From: Methanothrix harundinacea
GTDB taxonomy: Archaea > Halobacteriota > Methanosarcinia > Methanotrichales > Methanotrichaceae
Direction of reading: 5' to 3'
DNA length: 64,000 bases
NCBI GenBank assembly: GCA_002502785.1
Contig: DAQG01000046.1
Location: 4,018-68,017, forward strand
This document shows positions 1-9,158 of this stretch, one piece after another (the first letter of the stretch is position 1; each line of letters begins with the position of its first letter). The position numbers and the translations under genes were made by a program. The notes under the pieces are model-generated. The model was given only the letters and a program-made list of their open reading frames with translations. It was not told the DNA's origin and made no database searches.

Positions 1-658
1 CGACAGATCCGTCGCTTGGGGGAAGGTGTCTGACTCCATTCTTAGTGGCGCTGACGTGGACGTTCAGGATCCGATCTCCAAGGGCGTCGATGAAGTCCAC
101 GGCCCTGGACAAAGGTGGCATTGCGTGGGAGATGTCCAAGGTCATGCCGAGCGGCAGCTCGCCCAAAAATTGATTCATCTCCTCTGGGTCCGCGCAGATG
201 TTCCAAGGGGCAGGCTCGAGGTTCTCCAGAGCAATGAGTATCCCCCTCTCCTCTGCTCGGTCCAGGCAGACGTCCAGGTACTTGCGGAACTTCTGCCGTT
301 CGGCCTCCCTCACTTGGCGTTTCGCCGTCCTCTTGCCAGGGTGGATCGTCACGACCTCTGCGCCCAGAAATTCCGCCAGGTCGATGGCCCTCAGGGACTC
401 TGCAATAGTCGCCTGGCATACGAGGTCGTTGTAGGATGAGGGATTGAGGTCCATGACGGGGGCGTGAAGGGTCGTTTTTAGCTTACCAAGCTCCCTTTTG
501 ATCTCTTCTGCCTGCTCTTCTCGCCTACCCCCCTCCCAGTACCAGGGGGTCTCGGCCCAGAACTCGATCTCTCCGAGGCCAGCCTCGGCGATGACATCGG
601 CAATGCCCTCGGGGTCCAGATCCCAGAGGAACATGGATGATACCGATACCCTCGCCAT
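1..658 (-). CDS. Sugar phosphate isomerase/epimerase family protein (xylose-isomerase-like TIM barrel); 3' end runs off the left edge
   Basis: Not in the ORF track because there is no stop in the window. My translation from the ATG at 656-658 reads MARVSVSSMFLWDLDPEGIADVIAEAGLGEIEFWAETPWYW...VVTIHPGKRT...GILIALENLEP...LDISHA...LNVHVS, typical of this TIM-barrel family. Confidence 0.6.
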   Translation of the reverse strand, partial: MARVSVSSMFLWDLDPEGIADVIAEAGLGEIEFWAETPWYWEGGRREEQAEEIKRELGKLKTTLHAPVMDLNPSSYNDLVCQATIAESLRAIDLAEFLGAEVVTIHPGKRTAKRQVREAERQKFRKYLDVCLDRAEERGILIALENLEPAPWNICADPEEMNQFLGELPLGMTLDISHAMPPLSRAVDFIDALGDRILNVHVSATKNGVRHLPPSDGSV

Positions 659-661
659 CAT

Positions 662-940
662 TCACCGCCTCATGTCTTCTATTAGCCTCTCGATCCTCTG
701 CAGCCGTTCCATCTGGACCTGCATCCTTCGGAGCAGGACCGGAGGCGCCTGGGTGGGAGCAGTGCACTGGTCGGTCCAGCCATCGACGTCTCTCATGACA
801 TTCTGAACCATCTTCTCGAACTCCGTCGTGAGCTTTCCTCCCTCTCGAAGCTGCTCGACACCGCCTTTTATGGCCTCCTGTATCTGGGCGATGTTAAGCA
901 GCAAGAGGTTCAGTTCAGCCTCTATTCTGGTCTGATCCAA
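662..940 (-). CDS. Hypothetical coiled-coil protein
   Basis: 92-aa ORF with a TTG start. Its stop lies 4 nt before the ATG of the downstream TIM-barrel gene, suggesting an operon. The sequence is Leu/Glu/Arg-rich and helical-looking, and I recognise no family. Confidence 0.4.
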   Translation of the reverse strand: MDQTRIEAELNLLLLNIAQIQEAIKGGVEQLREGGKLTTEFEKMVQNVMRDVDGWTDQCTAPTQAPPVLLRRMQVQMERLQRIERLIEDMRR

Positions 941-1081
941 CTTTAGTCCTCCCGCATTTCCGTCTGATCTGAAGCGTTTTGGTCGCAGGATCGCCGACAG
1001 GTCCTATTTTCATCCTCTGCGGCCAAGGCCTTTTTTTCCTCACTCTTCGGCGAGCGAAGACGGTGAGTTTGGATGCCGCTT

Positions 1082-1435
1082 TCAGCTCGACCCGAGTTTC
1101 ACTATCGCCTCAGCAAGATCTCCATTGGCCTCTTTCAGAGCCGCCTTCGCCTCATCGGGACTGCATCCTGTCTGGGCCACCACGAGGTCTATGTCGGAAT
1201 CGGGTATCGATACCTCCCGGGGCCTTTCCTGGGCGGTGCCCACGACCTGATACGACCTGTTGCCCTGGGCGTCCATCACGGTGACTGATGCGTCCAAAAA
1301 GAAGATCTCCCGGTCTCCCGTCCTGATTATAACTTCTTCAACGTCCTCGATCTCCTCGATGTTGATGCCCATTTGTTTCATCATCTGCTTCATCTTCTTG
1401 GGGCTTACCCCCTTTCCACCGATGCCTGGGAACAT
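1082..1435 (-). CDS. nac: Nascent polypeptide-associated complex protein (archaeal NAC alpha with C-terminal UBA)
   Basis: MFPGIGGKGVSPKKMKQMMKQMGINIEEI...VVAQTGCSPDEAKAALKEANGDLAEAIVKL is the classic archaeal NAC sequence. I chose the internal Met (M16 of the 132-aa ORF) because homologs start at MFPG. Confidence 0.85.
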   Translation of the reverse strand: MFPGIGGKGVSPKKMKQMMKQMGINIEEIEDVEEVIIRTGDREIFFLDASVTVMDAQGNRSYQVVGTAQERPREVSIPDSDIDLVVAQTGCSPDEAKAALKEANGDLAEAIVKLGSS

Positions 1436-1908
1436 GCTCCAACCAAGGTGTGCCATATTTAGTAAATCTATCTGTGGCATCTCATTCCCGAGGTCGGTTC
1501 AATCCCATGCCGGAATCGTCTGAAATTTTGAGTTTTAAGTGGTAAGTGTCGTTTCGTCACCAATCTTCGGCCCGCTGGATCTCGATTTGATAATCTTGAA
1601 AAACTGCCTTTACAATAATGGACAATCTGGTGGCGATGTATTCAAAAGCCGGGTCATGGGATTCAAAACGAAGCCGACTTATTGGAATTATTGATCGAAA
1701 AAAGTGGAGAAACTTACTTTATCGTCGCGAAAAATGTGGGTTTTTAGACAGAATTTATATGCTCAATGATAAAGATCGACCTTAAAAATGGAAAAGGATA
1801 TATGCAATGCAGTTGCAGCAGGTCTTGTCGAATCTTTCGGCCTGTAAGGTAAAATCGGAGGGAATTAATTTGGCCACAGAAATGGGTGGAGGAAGGGCGA
1901 AGGACATA

Positions 1909-2493
1909 ATGCACCTTGGACCCTTGGACATAAGAGACACAACGTCAAACCCGGCGCCCCTCGGTCTGATGGGCTTCGGCATGACCACGGTTCTCTTGAA
2001 CATGCATAACGCTGGCTGGTTCGGGCTCGGCTCCATGATCCTTGCCATGGGATTGTTCTACGGTGGTATCGCTCAGATCATCGCCGGGATAATGGAGTGG
2101 AAGAAGGGCAACACCTTCGGCACCACGGCCTTTACTTCTTATGGGCTTTTCTGGCTTACGCTGGTATTCTTGTTATTGATGCCCAAATACGGATGGTGGG
2201 ACGGCCCTGAGAACAACGCGCTCATCGCCTACTTCTTCATGTGGGGGCTTTTCACCTTCTACATGTTCATAGGCACTCTGAAGCTGAACAGGATCTTGCA
2301 GATCGTCTTCCTCACTCTGACGATTCTCTTCTGGCTCCTGGCCATAAGGGACTACACCGGCAGCGCCACCATCGCCATGATCACCGGCTACGAGGGCATT
2401 TTCTGCGGCTTTACGGCCATATACGCCGCATGCGCCCAGGTGCTGAACGAGGTATACGGCAAGACCGTCCTGCCGATAGGTCCGGTCAAGTAG
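1909..2493 (+). CDS. aceP: GPR1/FUN34/YaaH (SatP/AceP) family acetate channel
   Basis: Carries the family signature [23 protein letters not shown] and six hydrophobic segments. The start is uncertain: the ORF opens at 1807, and in-frame ATGs at 1882 and 1909 are better. 1909 has AAGGA 4 nt upstream and gives a length typical of SatP. Confidence 0.8.
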   Translation: MHLGPLDIRDTTSNPAPLGLMGFGMTTVLLNMHNAGWFGLGSMILAMGLFYGGIAQIIAGIMEWKKGNTFGTTAFTSYGLFWLTLVFLLLMPKYGWWDGPENNALIAYFFMWGLFTFYMFIGTLKLNRILQIVFLTLTILFWLLAIRDYTGSATIAMITGYEGIFCGFTAIYAACAQVLNEVYGKTVLPIGPVK

Positions 2494-2509
2494 CTGGATC
2501 GAGTCTGAG

Positions 2510-2800
2510 ATGAATCGAACAGCTTTGAACGTGCTGATCGACGTCATCTCCTTTTTTGCTTTTTTGGCGTCGACTTCATCGGGCCTGGTTCTCTGGCAGG
2601 TTCTGCCCGGCGCTGGGTACGGGTTTCGTGGCGGCCGGACGGTCGTTGCAGAGCAGCTATTTTTAGGTTTATCCCGCCAGGACTGGTTGGACCTGCACAA
2701 TGGGACCAGCCTTCTGCTGGCGGGCCTGATCGTTCTGCACATAGCTATTCACTGGCGCTGGATCAGGAGTCTGGGCAAAAGGGTTGGAAGATGCCCGTGA
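2510..2800 (+). CDS. Small membrane protein, DUF4405-like
   Basis: 96-aa ORF 17 nt after aceP. It has two TM segments and the pattern NVLIDVISFFAFL..SGLVLW...W.DLHN....LAGLIVLHIAIHWRWI seen in DUF4405 proteins. Confidence 0.5.
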   Translation: MNRTALNVLIDVISFFAFLASTSSGLVLWQVLPGAGYGFRGGRTVVAEQLFLGLSRQDWLDLHNGTSLLLAGLIVLHIAIHWRWIRSLGKRVGRCP

Positions 2801-2914
2801 CGACCTGCGGTTCTGGCCTTAGGATGATACTATCCCTTTGAAAAGAGATCATCAATCACTACCACCAAAGAACTTTATACACTGCCGACGCTTATGATAA
2901 GTGGTGTATAGGTC

Positions 2915-3811
2915 ATGATGCATTCTGGTGACAGAATTAAAGGCGGTGATATGCCGACCGACCTGATAGATAAGGTCGACGGCCTATTCGATCAGTTCAT
3001 GGGGATCGTGGACAACCTGGTGGAGGAGCGGAAGATTCAGAGGGGAGTCGTCCGGAGCCAGAACCCTAGCAGCATAGTGGCGGTTTTGGACAAGGCCACA
3101 CTCTACATCCTGGCCCAGCACCATGCTGGCGCCCTCTCCACCATGTACACCTACCATCCTGATAAGCAGATCTCCGAGCGGACGGCCCTCAGCAGCGCTC
3201 GGTGGGAGTTCGGGTACGAGGACCCCTTTATGATCGTATTTCCCGCCGTGATCCTCGACGAAAGCGAGAGAGGTAGGCGCGACATCCTCAGGGTGATCGC
3301 TCTCGCTCACGTCGAGTCTGAGGTCCAGAGGGCCCTGAACCTCATGAGCTTGATGCAGATCAGGCCCCTATTCGGTCACGCATCTTACATCGTGGACGAT
3401 CGGCTGGCTTCGGTTCTGGTCCCCCTCACCGACGAGGGTGACGACCTATACGACGAGGCCGTAAAGCCCGCCCTAGAGCGGGCAGGCCTGATCTCTCGGA
3501 GGGCTCTGGAGTTCGGCGAAGACGAGGATAAGCTCAAAGCGATCTGGAGGGACTTATGCAGGTCCAGGATGGTGGTGGCCGACCTGACTGGCACCGACCC
3601 TCTGGTGATGTACGAGCTTGGGATCGCCCACGCCGTCGGCAAAGAGTCTCTGGTCCTCTGCAAGCGTGGCCAGTGTCCCAAGTTCCCATCACAACTGATC
3701 CTGGCAAACTTCCTGGAGTACGATGAGGGCGAAGAAGGGATGGTGGAACTCAGGGCTGAGATGGCCGAAATTCTTCATCAGATAATGAACCCGGTGATGG
3801 GCTCGGATTGA
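2915..3811 (+). CDS. Hypothetical protein with C-terminal nucleoside 2-deoxyribosyltransferase-like / TIR-like Rossmann domain
   Basis: 298-aa ORF. The C-terminal motif VVADLTGTDPLVMYELGIAHAVGKESLVL matches the D..G..fElG.A.a.GKp core of the NDT-like fold. The N-terminal ~170 aa are unrecognised. Confidence 0.5.
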   Translation: MMHSGDRIKGGDMPTDLIDKVDGLFDQFMGIVDNLVEERKIQRGVVRSQNPSSIVAVLDKATLYILAQHHAGALSTMYTYHPDKQISERTALSSARWEFGYEDPFMIVFPAVILDESERGRRDILRVIALAHVESEVQRALNLMSLMQIRPLFGHASYIVDDRLASVLVPLTDEGDDLYDEAVKPALERAGLISRRALEFGEDEDKLKAIWRDLCRSRMVVADLTGTDPLVMYELGIAHAVGKESLVLCKRGQCPKFPSQLILANFLEYDEGEEGMVELRAEMAEILHQIMNPVMGSD

Positions 3812-3832
3812 GCAATCTGAACAAAAGAGTTT

Positions 3833-3876
3833 GGGCGCGGAAGATCTCGCTCTCGCGCCCGGTCGTCTTTTCTTCT
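3833..3876. terminator. Hairpin plus T-rich tract between convergent genes (possible bidirectional terminator)
   Basis: GGGCGCG (3833-3839) pairs with CGCGCCC (3854-3860) and is followed by ggtcgtcttttcttctg. It lies between the stop at 3811 (+) and the stop at 3899 (-). Confidence 0.45.
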
Positions 3877-3898
3877 GAGTTTATGCCCTCGAAGATGT

Positions 3899-4459
3899 TT
3901 AGCAGGATTTCTCCATCTGAAGGTAAACTTTTGCGAACTCGGTGTTCACCTTAACAACTTCATCGTTGAAGCCTTTCAAATTCTCGGGAATCGGGCCCAG
4001 GGCGTCGGCCTTCTCCTGGGTGTCGATGACGGTTCCCGGCGGAACGAAGCTGCCGTCTTTCAATCTGACGCCCACCACCAGGGCCATGTGGCCTACGAAG
4101 CACTTCTTGCCCAGGGTCGATGCGTGGACTACGGCGTTGAAGCCGACGAAGCTCTCGTCTCCGACTTCGAGGGGACCGTGGACTACCGCGCCGTGGGCGA
4201 TGCTCACCCTCCTTCCCAGCCTTATGCTGCTTCCTTCCAGGCCGTGGAAGACCGCGCCGTCCTGGACGTTGCACTCGTCCCCGATCGTTATCGGCGTAGC
4301 CTCGTCGGCCCTCACTGAGGCCCCTGGGGCGACGTAAACCCTCTCTCCGATCCTGACGTCTCCTATGACTGTTGCAGCCTCGTCGACGTAAGCGGTGCTG
4401 GCGATGGTGGACATCGATTCAGCATTGTTCCAAGAAGTTTTTGGATTGGCTCTGATCAT
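3899..4459 (-). CDS. cam: Gamma-class carbonic anhydrase (Cam type, left-handed beta-helix)
   Basis: Aligns by eye to Methanosarcina thermophila Cam: SVRADEA, NVQDGAVFHGLE and IAHGAVVHGP correspond to SIRSDEG, NVQDGVVLHALE and LAHQSQVHGP. This includes the three Zn histidines and the Cam-specific Glu residues. Confidence 0.8.
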   Translation of the reverse strand: MIRANPKTSWNNAESMSTIASTAYVDEAATVIGDVRIGERVYVAPGASVRADEATPITIGDECNVQDGAVFHGLEGSSIRLGRRVSIAHGAVVHGPLEVGDESFVGFNAVVHASTLGKKCFVGHMALVVGVRLKDGSFVPPGTVIDTQEKADALGPIPENLKGFNDEVVKVNTEFAKVYLQMEKSC

Positions 4460-4878
4460 CCAAACTCACCGACCACTAACTTACCTTCTAAGATAAAAGG
4501 TATTATCATCAAAAACCGTGACCTTTATCATAATGCAACTTGGTATAAATAAGCCCGTGGCGAACTAAATAATATTAATTGTTAATTATCTTAACTTCTC
4601 TACGTGATGTTAAGGCGATAATGGCTCTCTAATTGCATTATCATCGGGTTTGTAGGCACCTATCAAAAAGCCGATATTTGATATGCATAATGTATATTCG
4701 GGATAATTGGCGCTAATTTTAAATAGATGCGGAGCACCTAAAAATTAGTCCGTTAAATCTTTGGAACGATATCCTCTGGGAGGGAGAATAGATCCGGATC
4801 GGATTTTTTCAAGGTGGCGTATAGTCTCCAAAACTGTATAAAAATATTAGTTATATCAGCGTTTTGGGTGTGGAACCT

Positions 4879-6147
4879 ATGAGTGATGATGTGAAAATAT
4901 ATGGGATGGAACCCGAAAAGGGGAGATGGTTGCTCGTATTTTTGGGCATGGTTATCAACTTATGCCTAGGCAGCATCTACTCTTGGAGCGTTTTCGTAAA
5001 GCCTTTGACCGACTACTTCACAGGCATGGGAATGGAGGTCAGCGCTAGCCAGGTACTGATGCCTTTCTCGGTGTTTTTGGGAGCATTCGCAATAGCGATG
5101 CCTCTGACAGGAAAGTACATCGAGATCCATGGACCGCGTAAGATCACCCTCATTGGCGGAATACTCACCGGCCTTGGGTGGTTTTTGGCATCAATGGCCA
5201 CGTCCGTGACCTGGCTCTACGTGGCTTACGGGATCATAGGCGGTCTTGGTGTCGGGATCGCCTATGGTTGCCCGGTGGCCGTCTCTGCTAGATGGTTCCC
5301 GGACAGGCGCGGCCTTGCCGTGGGTCTGACCGTTCTAGGGTTCGGCTTTTCGGCATTGCTGACCGCGAACATTGCTGGCTATCTGATCGGCAGCACTGGT
5401 GTCATGAACACCTTCAGGGTATTTGGGATAGCCTTCGTTATCATAATTGCCATCCTTTCGATGCCCCTCACTTTCCCACCTTCGGGCTGGAAGCCCCGGG
5501 GTTGGACACCGCCAGCACCTAAACCAGGTGCTCACGTGACCTGCGAGTGCAAACGTGACGAGATGCTGAAGACAAAGGGGTTCTACGGGCTCTGGATTTG
5601 TTACTTCATAGGTTGCCTTGCAGGTCTAATGGCCATATCGATATCCAAACCTGTGGGAACTGAAATTGTCCAGGTCGAAGCGGGCCTCGCCACCTTCCTG
5701 GTGGGCTTCTTTGCCATATTCAACGGTGGCGGGCGGCCGGTTTTCGGCAGCCTCACAGACAAGCTCACCCCCAGAAATGCGGCGATGGTCTCGTTCGTAT
5801 TGATCGCGCTGGCTTCTGTCCTCATGATGATGTTTGCAGCTCCGGGGAGCACCGGGACCTACGTCTACATCATCAGCTTCGCCATCCTCTGGGGTTGCCT
5901 GGGTGGCTGGCTCGCGATAGCTCCCACATCCACGGCGAGCTTCTTTGGGACCTGCGACTATCCCCGTTGCTATGGCATGGTTTTCCTCGCCTACGGCGCA
6001 GGCGCCATAGTGGGGCCGAGGCTCGCTGGATACGTCAAAGACGCCACCGGCAGCTACATCGGCGTATTCCAGTATGTGGTGGCCTTTGCCATTCTGGGGA
6101 TCATAGTAGCCTTCCTCCTGATGAAGCCCCCTGTGTCGAAAGAATGA
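4879..6147 (+). CDS. MFS transporter, oxalate/formate antiporter (OFA)-like
   Basis: About 12 TM segments. N-terminal pattern RWLLVFLGMVINLCLGSIYSWSVF and loop motif WFPDRRGLAVGL are typical of OFA-family MFS proteins. I prefer the ATG at 4879 to the upstream TTG at 4864. Confidence 0.75.
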   Translation: MSDDVKIYGMEPEKGRWLLVFLGMVINLCLGSIYSWSVFVKPLTDYFTGMGMEVSASQVLMPFSVFLGAFAIAMPLTGKYIEIHGPRKITLIGGILTGLGWFLASMATSVTWLYVAYGIIGGLGVGIAYGCPVAVSARWFPDRRGLAVGLTVLGFGFSALLTANIAGYLIGSTGVMNTFRVFGIAFVIIIAILSMPLTFPPSGWKPRGWTPPAPKPGAHVTCECKRDEMLKTKGFYGLWICYFIGCLAGLMAISISKPVGTEIVQVEAGLATFLVGFFAIFNGGGRPVFGSLTDKLTPRNAAMVSFVLIALASVLMMMFAAPGSTGTYVYIISFAILWGCLGGWLAIAPTSTASFFGTCDYPRCYGMVFLAYGAGAIVGPRLAGYVKDATGSYIGVFQYVVAFAILGIIVAFLLMKPPVSKE

Positions 6148-6408
6148 ACCGTTTGATCAAAGGTACCGGAGGTGATAGATACAGGCCGATGGCTGGAGTC
6201 TCTGGGGGAAGGGCGGCGTACGGTACCGCTCTTTCCCTGTGTCTTCCAGGGCGAATCGTGATGATCCTCTCTTTTTAATCTCTATTTTTCCCGGTATTCA
6301 GGGGCTGTTTTTCTCCTGACTACACTTTCTGACTTATACTTTGAGCGACCAAATTCTCCGGGTAGTTTGCCAAACACATTAAATAAAACCGTGGCGTAAT
6401 TCCCTCTG

Positions 6409-7284
6409 ATGTTCAAGCTTGGAGAATATGACGAGGTCGAGGCCTCGGATATAGCAGCCTATCTCAAAGAGGCTGGCGTGAGAGTCGAACTGAAACCATC
6501 GATTTGCGCCTTCATGGAGAGCGCGGTCTACTTGGAGGGGAGGCTCAGCCAGCTCAAGGAACGGGTTGAAGATTTCGAGGTTTACGATCGATATATTGAA
6601 GCTTTGAAGACGGCCCTCGCCGAGGGCGCGGAGGCCGAGGACTTCGTAGATCGGTATCTATCGACTCTGGACCCGTCCTGGAATGAGAAGAAGGGCGAGA
6701 TGGCCGAGTTCTTGGAAGACGATTCGATTGGCACGGATGGGGGCGGCGACTCGCCCGAGGAGATGATGGAACAGGCAGCTGACCTTTTGGATATGCTCGA
6801 GGCGATCCAATTTATGGGATCTGCTATCGAACTCAATGAGATCGAGATCGAGGACGGTCCCAGAGGGTTGCTGGATGACGATCCGATCCTCAGGATCCTG
6901 GTAGATCCCGACGAATGCGACCCCGACGACGAGCTGATAAAGCCCATTCTTGCGGTCCGCCTAGATAAGCGGGTCGAAGTCCGACTGGACGAGATGACAA
7001 CACCTCTGGCCAAAGATGTGGACGACGAGTTCGCGGACGAGTATCCTGAAGAGTACTACATGATCTCTTCCATAGGCATGACGATGGAGAGGCTCCTCGA
7101 TCCGCCAGGAGATTCGAACAAAATCGATCTCGACGAGTTCAGAGAGACTCTCGTTTTCGAAGAGGATATGGTGGATTTCGTCATGATGGTCGACGGAACG
7201 GCCGTGGCCGAGGATATTGTCCGGGTTTTGAAGAAAGAAGGTGTGATCAAGATCAAGAACGATAAGATCACGTGGAAAAAATGA
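6409..7284 (+). CDS. Acidic hypothetical protein
   Basis: 291-aa ORF, very Asp/Glu-rich, with no recognisable family. It lies 19 nt upstream of the Isf-like gene on the same strand. Confidence 0.5.
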   Translation: MFKLGEYDEVEASDIAAYLKEAGVRVELKPSICAFMESAVYLEGRLSQLKERVEDFEVYDRYIEALKTALAEGAEAEDFVDRYLSTLDPSWNEKKGEMAEFLEDDSIGTDGGGDSPEEMMEQAADLLDMLEAIQFMGSAIELNEIEIEDGPRGLLDDDPILRILVDPDECDPDDELIKPILAVRLDKRVEVRLDEMTTPLAKDVDDEFADEYPEEYYMISSIGMTMERLLDPPGDSNKIDLDEFRETLVFEEDMVDFVMMVDGTAVAEDIVRVLKKEGVIKIKNDKITWKK

Positions 7285-7303
7285 GAAGCTGTTGGTTTGA
7301 TAT

Positions 7304-7837
7304 ATGAAGGTACTGGCTTTAATCGGCAGCCCCAGAAGAGGGGGAAACACCGAGCTTCTCGTCGACCAGATCCTCAGGGGATGCGGCTCCAGAGGCGACG
7401 GCACAGAGAAGCTTCGGCTCTACGATATCGGGATTGAGGCATGCATCGACTGCCGTCGATGCAAGAAAGGGGACTTCTCCTGCGCCCTCATGGACGGGAT
7501 GCAGGAGGTGTATCCGAAGCTCGAGGAGGCCGACCTTATCGTCTTTGGAACCCCGATATACTGGTACGGCCCCACAGGAAAGATGAAGCTATTCATCGAC
7601 AGGCTCCGGCCCTACATCGCCAGCGGGAAGCTGAGAGGAAAGGCGGGCGTAGTCGCGGCCCCCTCTGAGGAGGGTCCTGGATGCTGCGGGCCCCTGATGG
7701 AGATGTTCAGGATGTCCTTTGACTACCTGGGGATGGAGTTTGCGGGAAGCATCCTCGCCAGGGCGTATGAGAAGGGCGAAGTTGGGGAGGATGCTGAGGA
7801 GATGAATAGGGCCTACGAGCTGGGCAGATCTCTTTGA
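7304..7837 (+). CDS. Iron-sulfur flavoprotein-like / NADPH-dependent FMN reductase family
   Basis: Flavodoxin-like N-terminus MKVLALIGSPRRGGNTE and the compact cysteine motif CIDCRRCKKGDFSC (CX2CX2CX6C), as in Methanosarcina Isf. Also carries FGTPIYWYG. Confidence 0.7.
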   Translation: MKVLALIGSPRRGGNTELLVDQILRGCGSRGDGTEKLRLYDIGIEACIDCRRCKKGDFSCALMDGMQEVYPKLEEADLIVFGTPIYWYGPTGKMKLFIDRLRPYIASGKLRGKAGVVAAPSEEGPGCCGPLMEMFRMSFDYLGMEFAGSILARAYEKGEVGEDAEEMNRAYELGRSL

Positions 7838-7896
7838 TCTCTTTTCATCTGAGCGCGAAGAGGTCCATCGTAGTCCGTTATCGAGGTTTCAGGCCC

Positions 7897-8880
7897 TCAA
7901 AGCATCTCCTTTCTCAGCTCTTCAGCCGTCCGGGGTGACAAGTAGGCCGGAGCTATGTCGAAGACGGTCTTGGCGCCGATCGCACCTTTGAGACTGAGCC
8001 TGAATGCGGCGCGGGCGTAGGCGAGGAGGACGCTGGCCGTGAAGCCTGGGTTGCTCTCGAGCTTCAGCCTGAACTCGATGACATGTTTGCTCCCGTCCTC
8101 GGTTTCGCCCGTCCGCATCACGAACCCTCCGTGAGGCATCCTGGAATGGTTTTTGTCCATCTCCTCCTGGGTGATGAAGGTCACCTCTGTCTCGTAGTCG
8201 GCGAAGTAGTTCGGCATCGTCTGGATCATCCGCCGGATCTGCTCTATATCGGCCCCTTCCTCAGCGACCACGTAGCAGTCTCGAAAGTGCTTTTCCTTAG
8301 TCGAGAGATCTGGCGCCCGTCCCGACCGAACCCGCTCGACGGCCTCGTCAATGGGCATCGTGTACTGCCTTGCGTCTTTGACGCCTTTAATCCTGCGGAC
8401 GGCGTCGGAGTGGCCCTGGCTGACTCCAGGACCCCAGAAGGTGTAATCTGTGCCTCCCGGCAGAACCGCTTCCTCGATCAGGCGCATCAGGGAGAAGAGG
8501 CCCGGGTCCCACCCCGTCGAGATGATGGCCGTCTTTTTGGCCTTCCGCGCCGCCTTGTCGACGGCATCGTAGTACTCGGGGATTCGGGCGTGGGTATCGT
8601 AGCTGTCCACGGTGTTGAAGATCCCCGCCATGGCGGGGCCCTGCTCCGGTAGGTCCGTGGCCGAGCCGCCGCAGAGGACCGCCACGTCAACCTGGTCAGC
8701 ATACCTCTCGGCCTCATCCATCGAGTCGACTTTGAGCCCGGGGGTCTGGGTCCTGATGTTCTCCGGGTCCCTGCGGGTTAAGATTACTGCGGGTGTCATG
8801 TCAAAGTTCTGCTGAAGGGAAAGCTCGACCGCCTTCCCGATGTTTCCGTAACCGATGATTCCAATCCTCGTCTTCTCCAT
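7897..8880 (-). CDS. ddh: meso-Diaminopimelate D-dehydrogenase
   Basis: Colinear by eye with Corynebacterium Ddh: RIGIIGYGNIGK, VLCGGSATD.PEQ, STGWDPG.FS, TFWGPGVSQGHSDA.RRI.GV, MPHGG and NP.FTAS. Confidence 0.85.
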   Translation of the reverse strand: MEKTRIGIIGYGNIGKAVELSLQQNFDMTPAVILTRRDPENIRTQTPGLKVDSMDEAERYADQVDVAVLCGGSATDLPEQGPAMAGIFNTVDSYDTHARIPEYYDAVDKAARKAKKTAIISTGWDPGLFSLMRLIEEAVLPGGTDYTFWGPGVSQGHSDAVRRIKGVKDARQYTMPIDEAVERVRSGRAPDLSTKEKHFRDCYVVAEEGADIEQIRRMIQTMPNYFADYETEVTFITQEEMDKNHSRMPHGGFVMRTGETEDGSKHVIEFRLKLESNPGFTASVLLAYARAAFRLSLKGAIGAKTVFDIAPAYLSPRTAEELRKEML

Positions 8881-9158
8881 TCATCTCGCCCTCCCATGGG
8901 GTCTATCTCGGCGCGACGCTCTCAGGTCTTTATGCCTTTCGCCATCGAGGATAAAACCTTTTACGGCATCTCGACGAATTAGGCGCCAACAAGACCATTC
9001 TATCTCCAAAGGCGGCGATCACCATCCCCAAAAAGTCCCCACCCCCCCGAACGCTCGCGCCCGAAGAAAAGCTGGCCGAGGCAAAAAGGCTCTGCCACAT
9101 CCACTGCGCCAAAGAGTGCGTCGCCCAGAAGCATAGTGGCTTTCACCTTAAACTTCTG

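Noticed and set aside
8955-9158. An upstream extension of the YkgJ-like ORF (…LAPEEKLAEAKRLCHIHCAKECVAQKHSGFHLKLLV).
   Set aside because: The frame is open and looks protein-like but has no ATG, GTG or TTG start before 9159. I cannot justify a non-canonical start from sequence alone.
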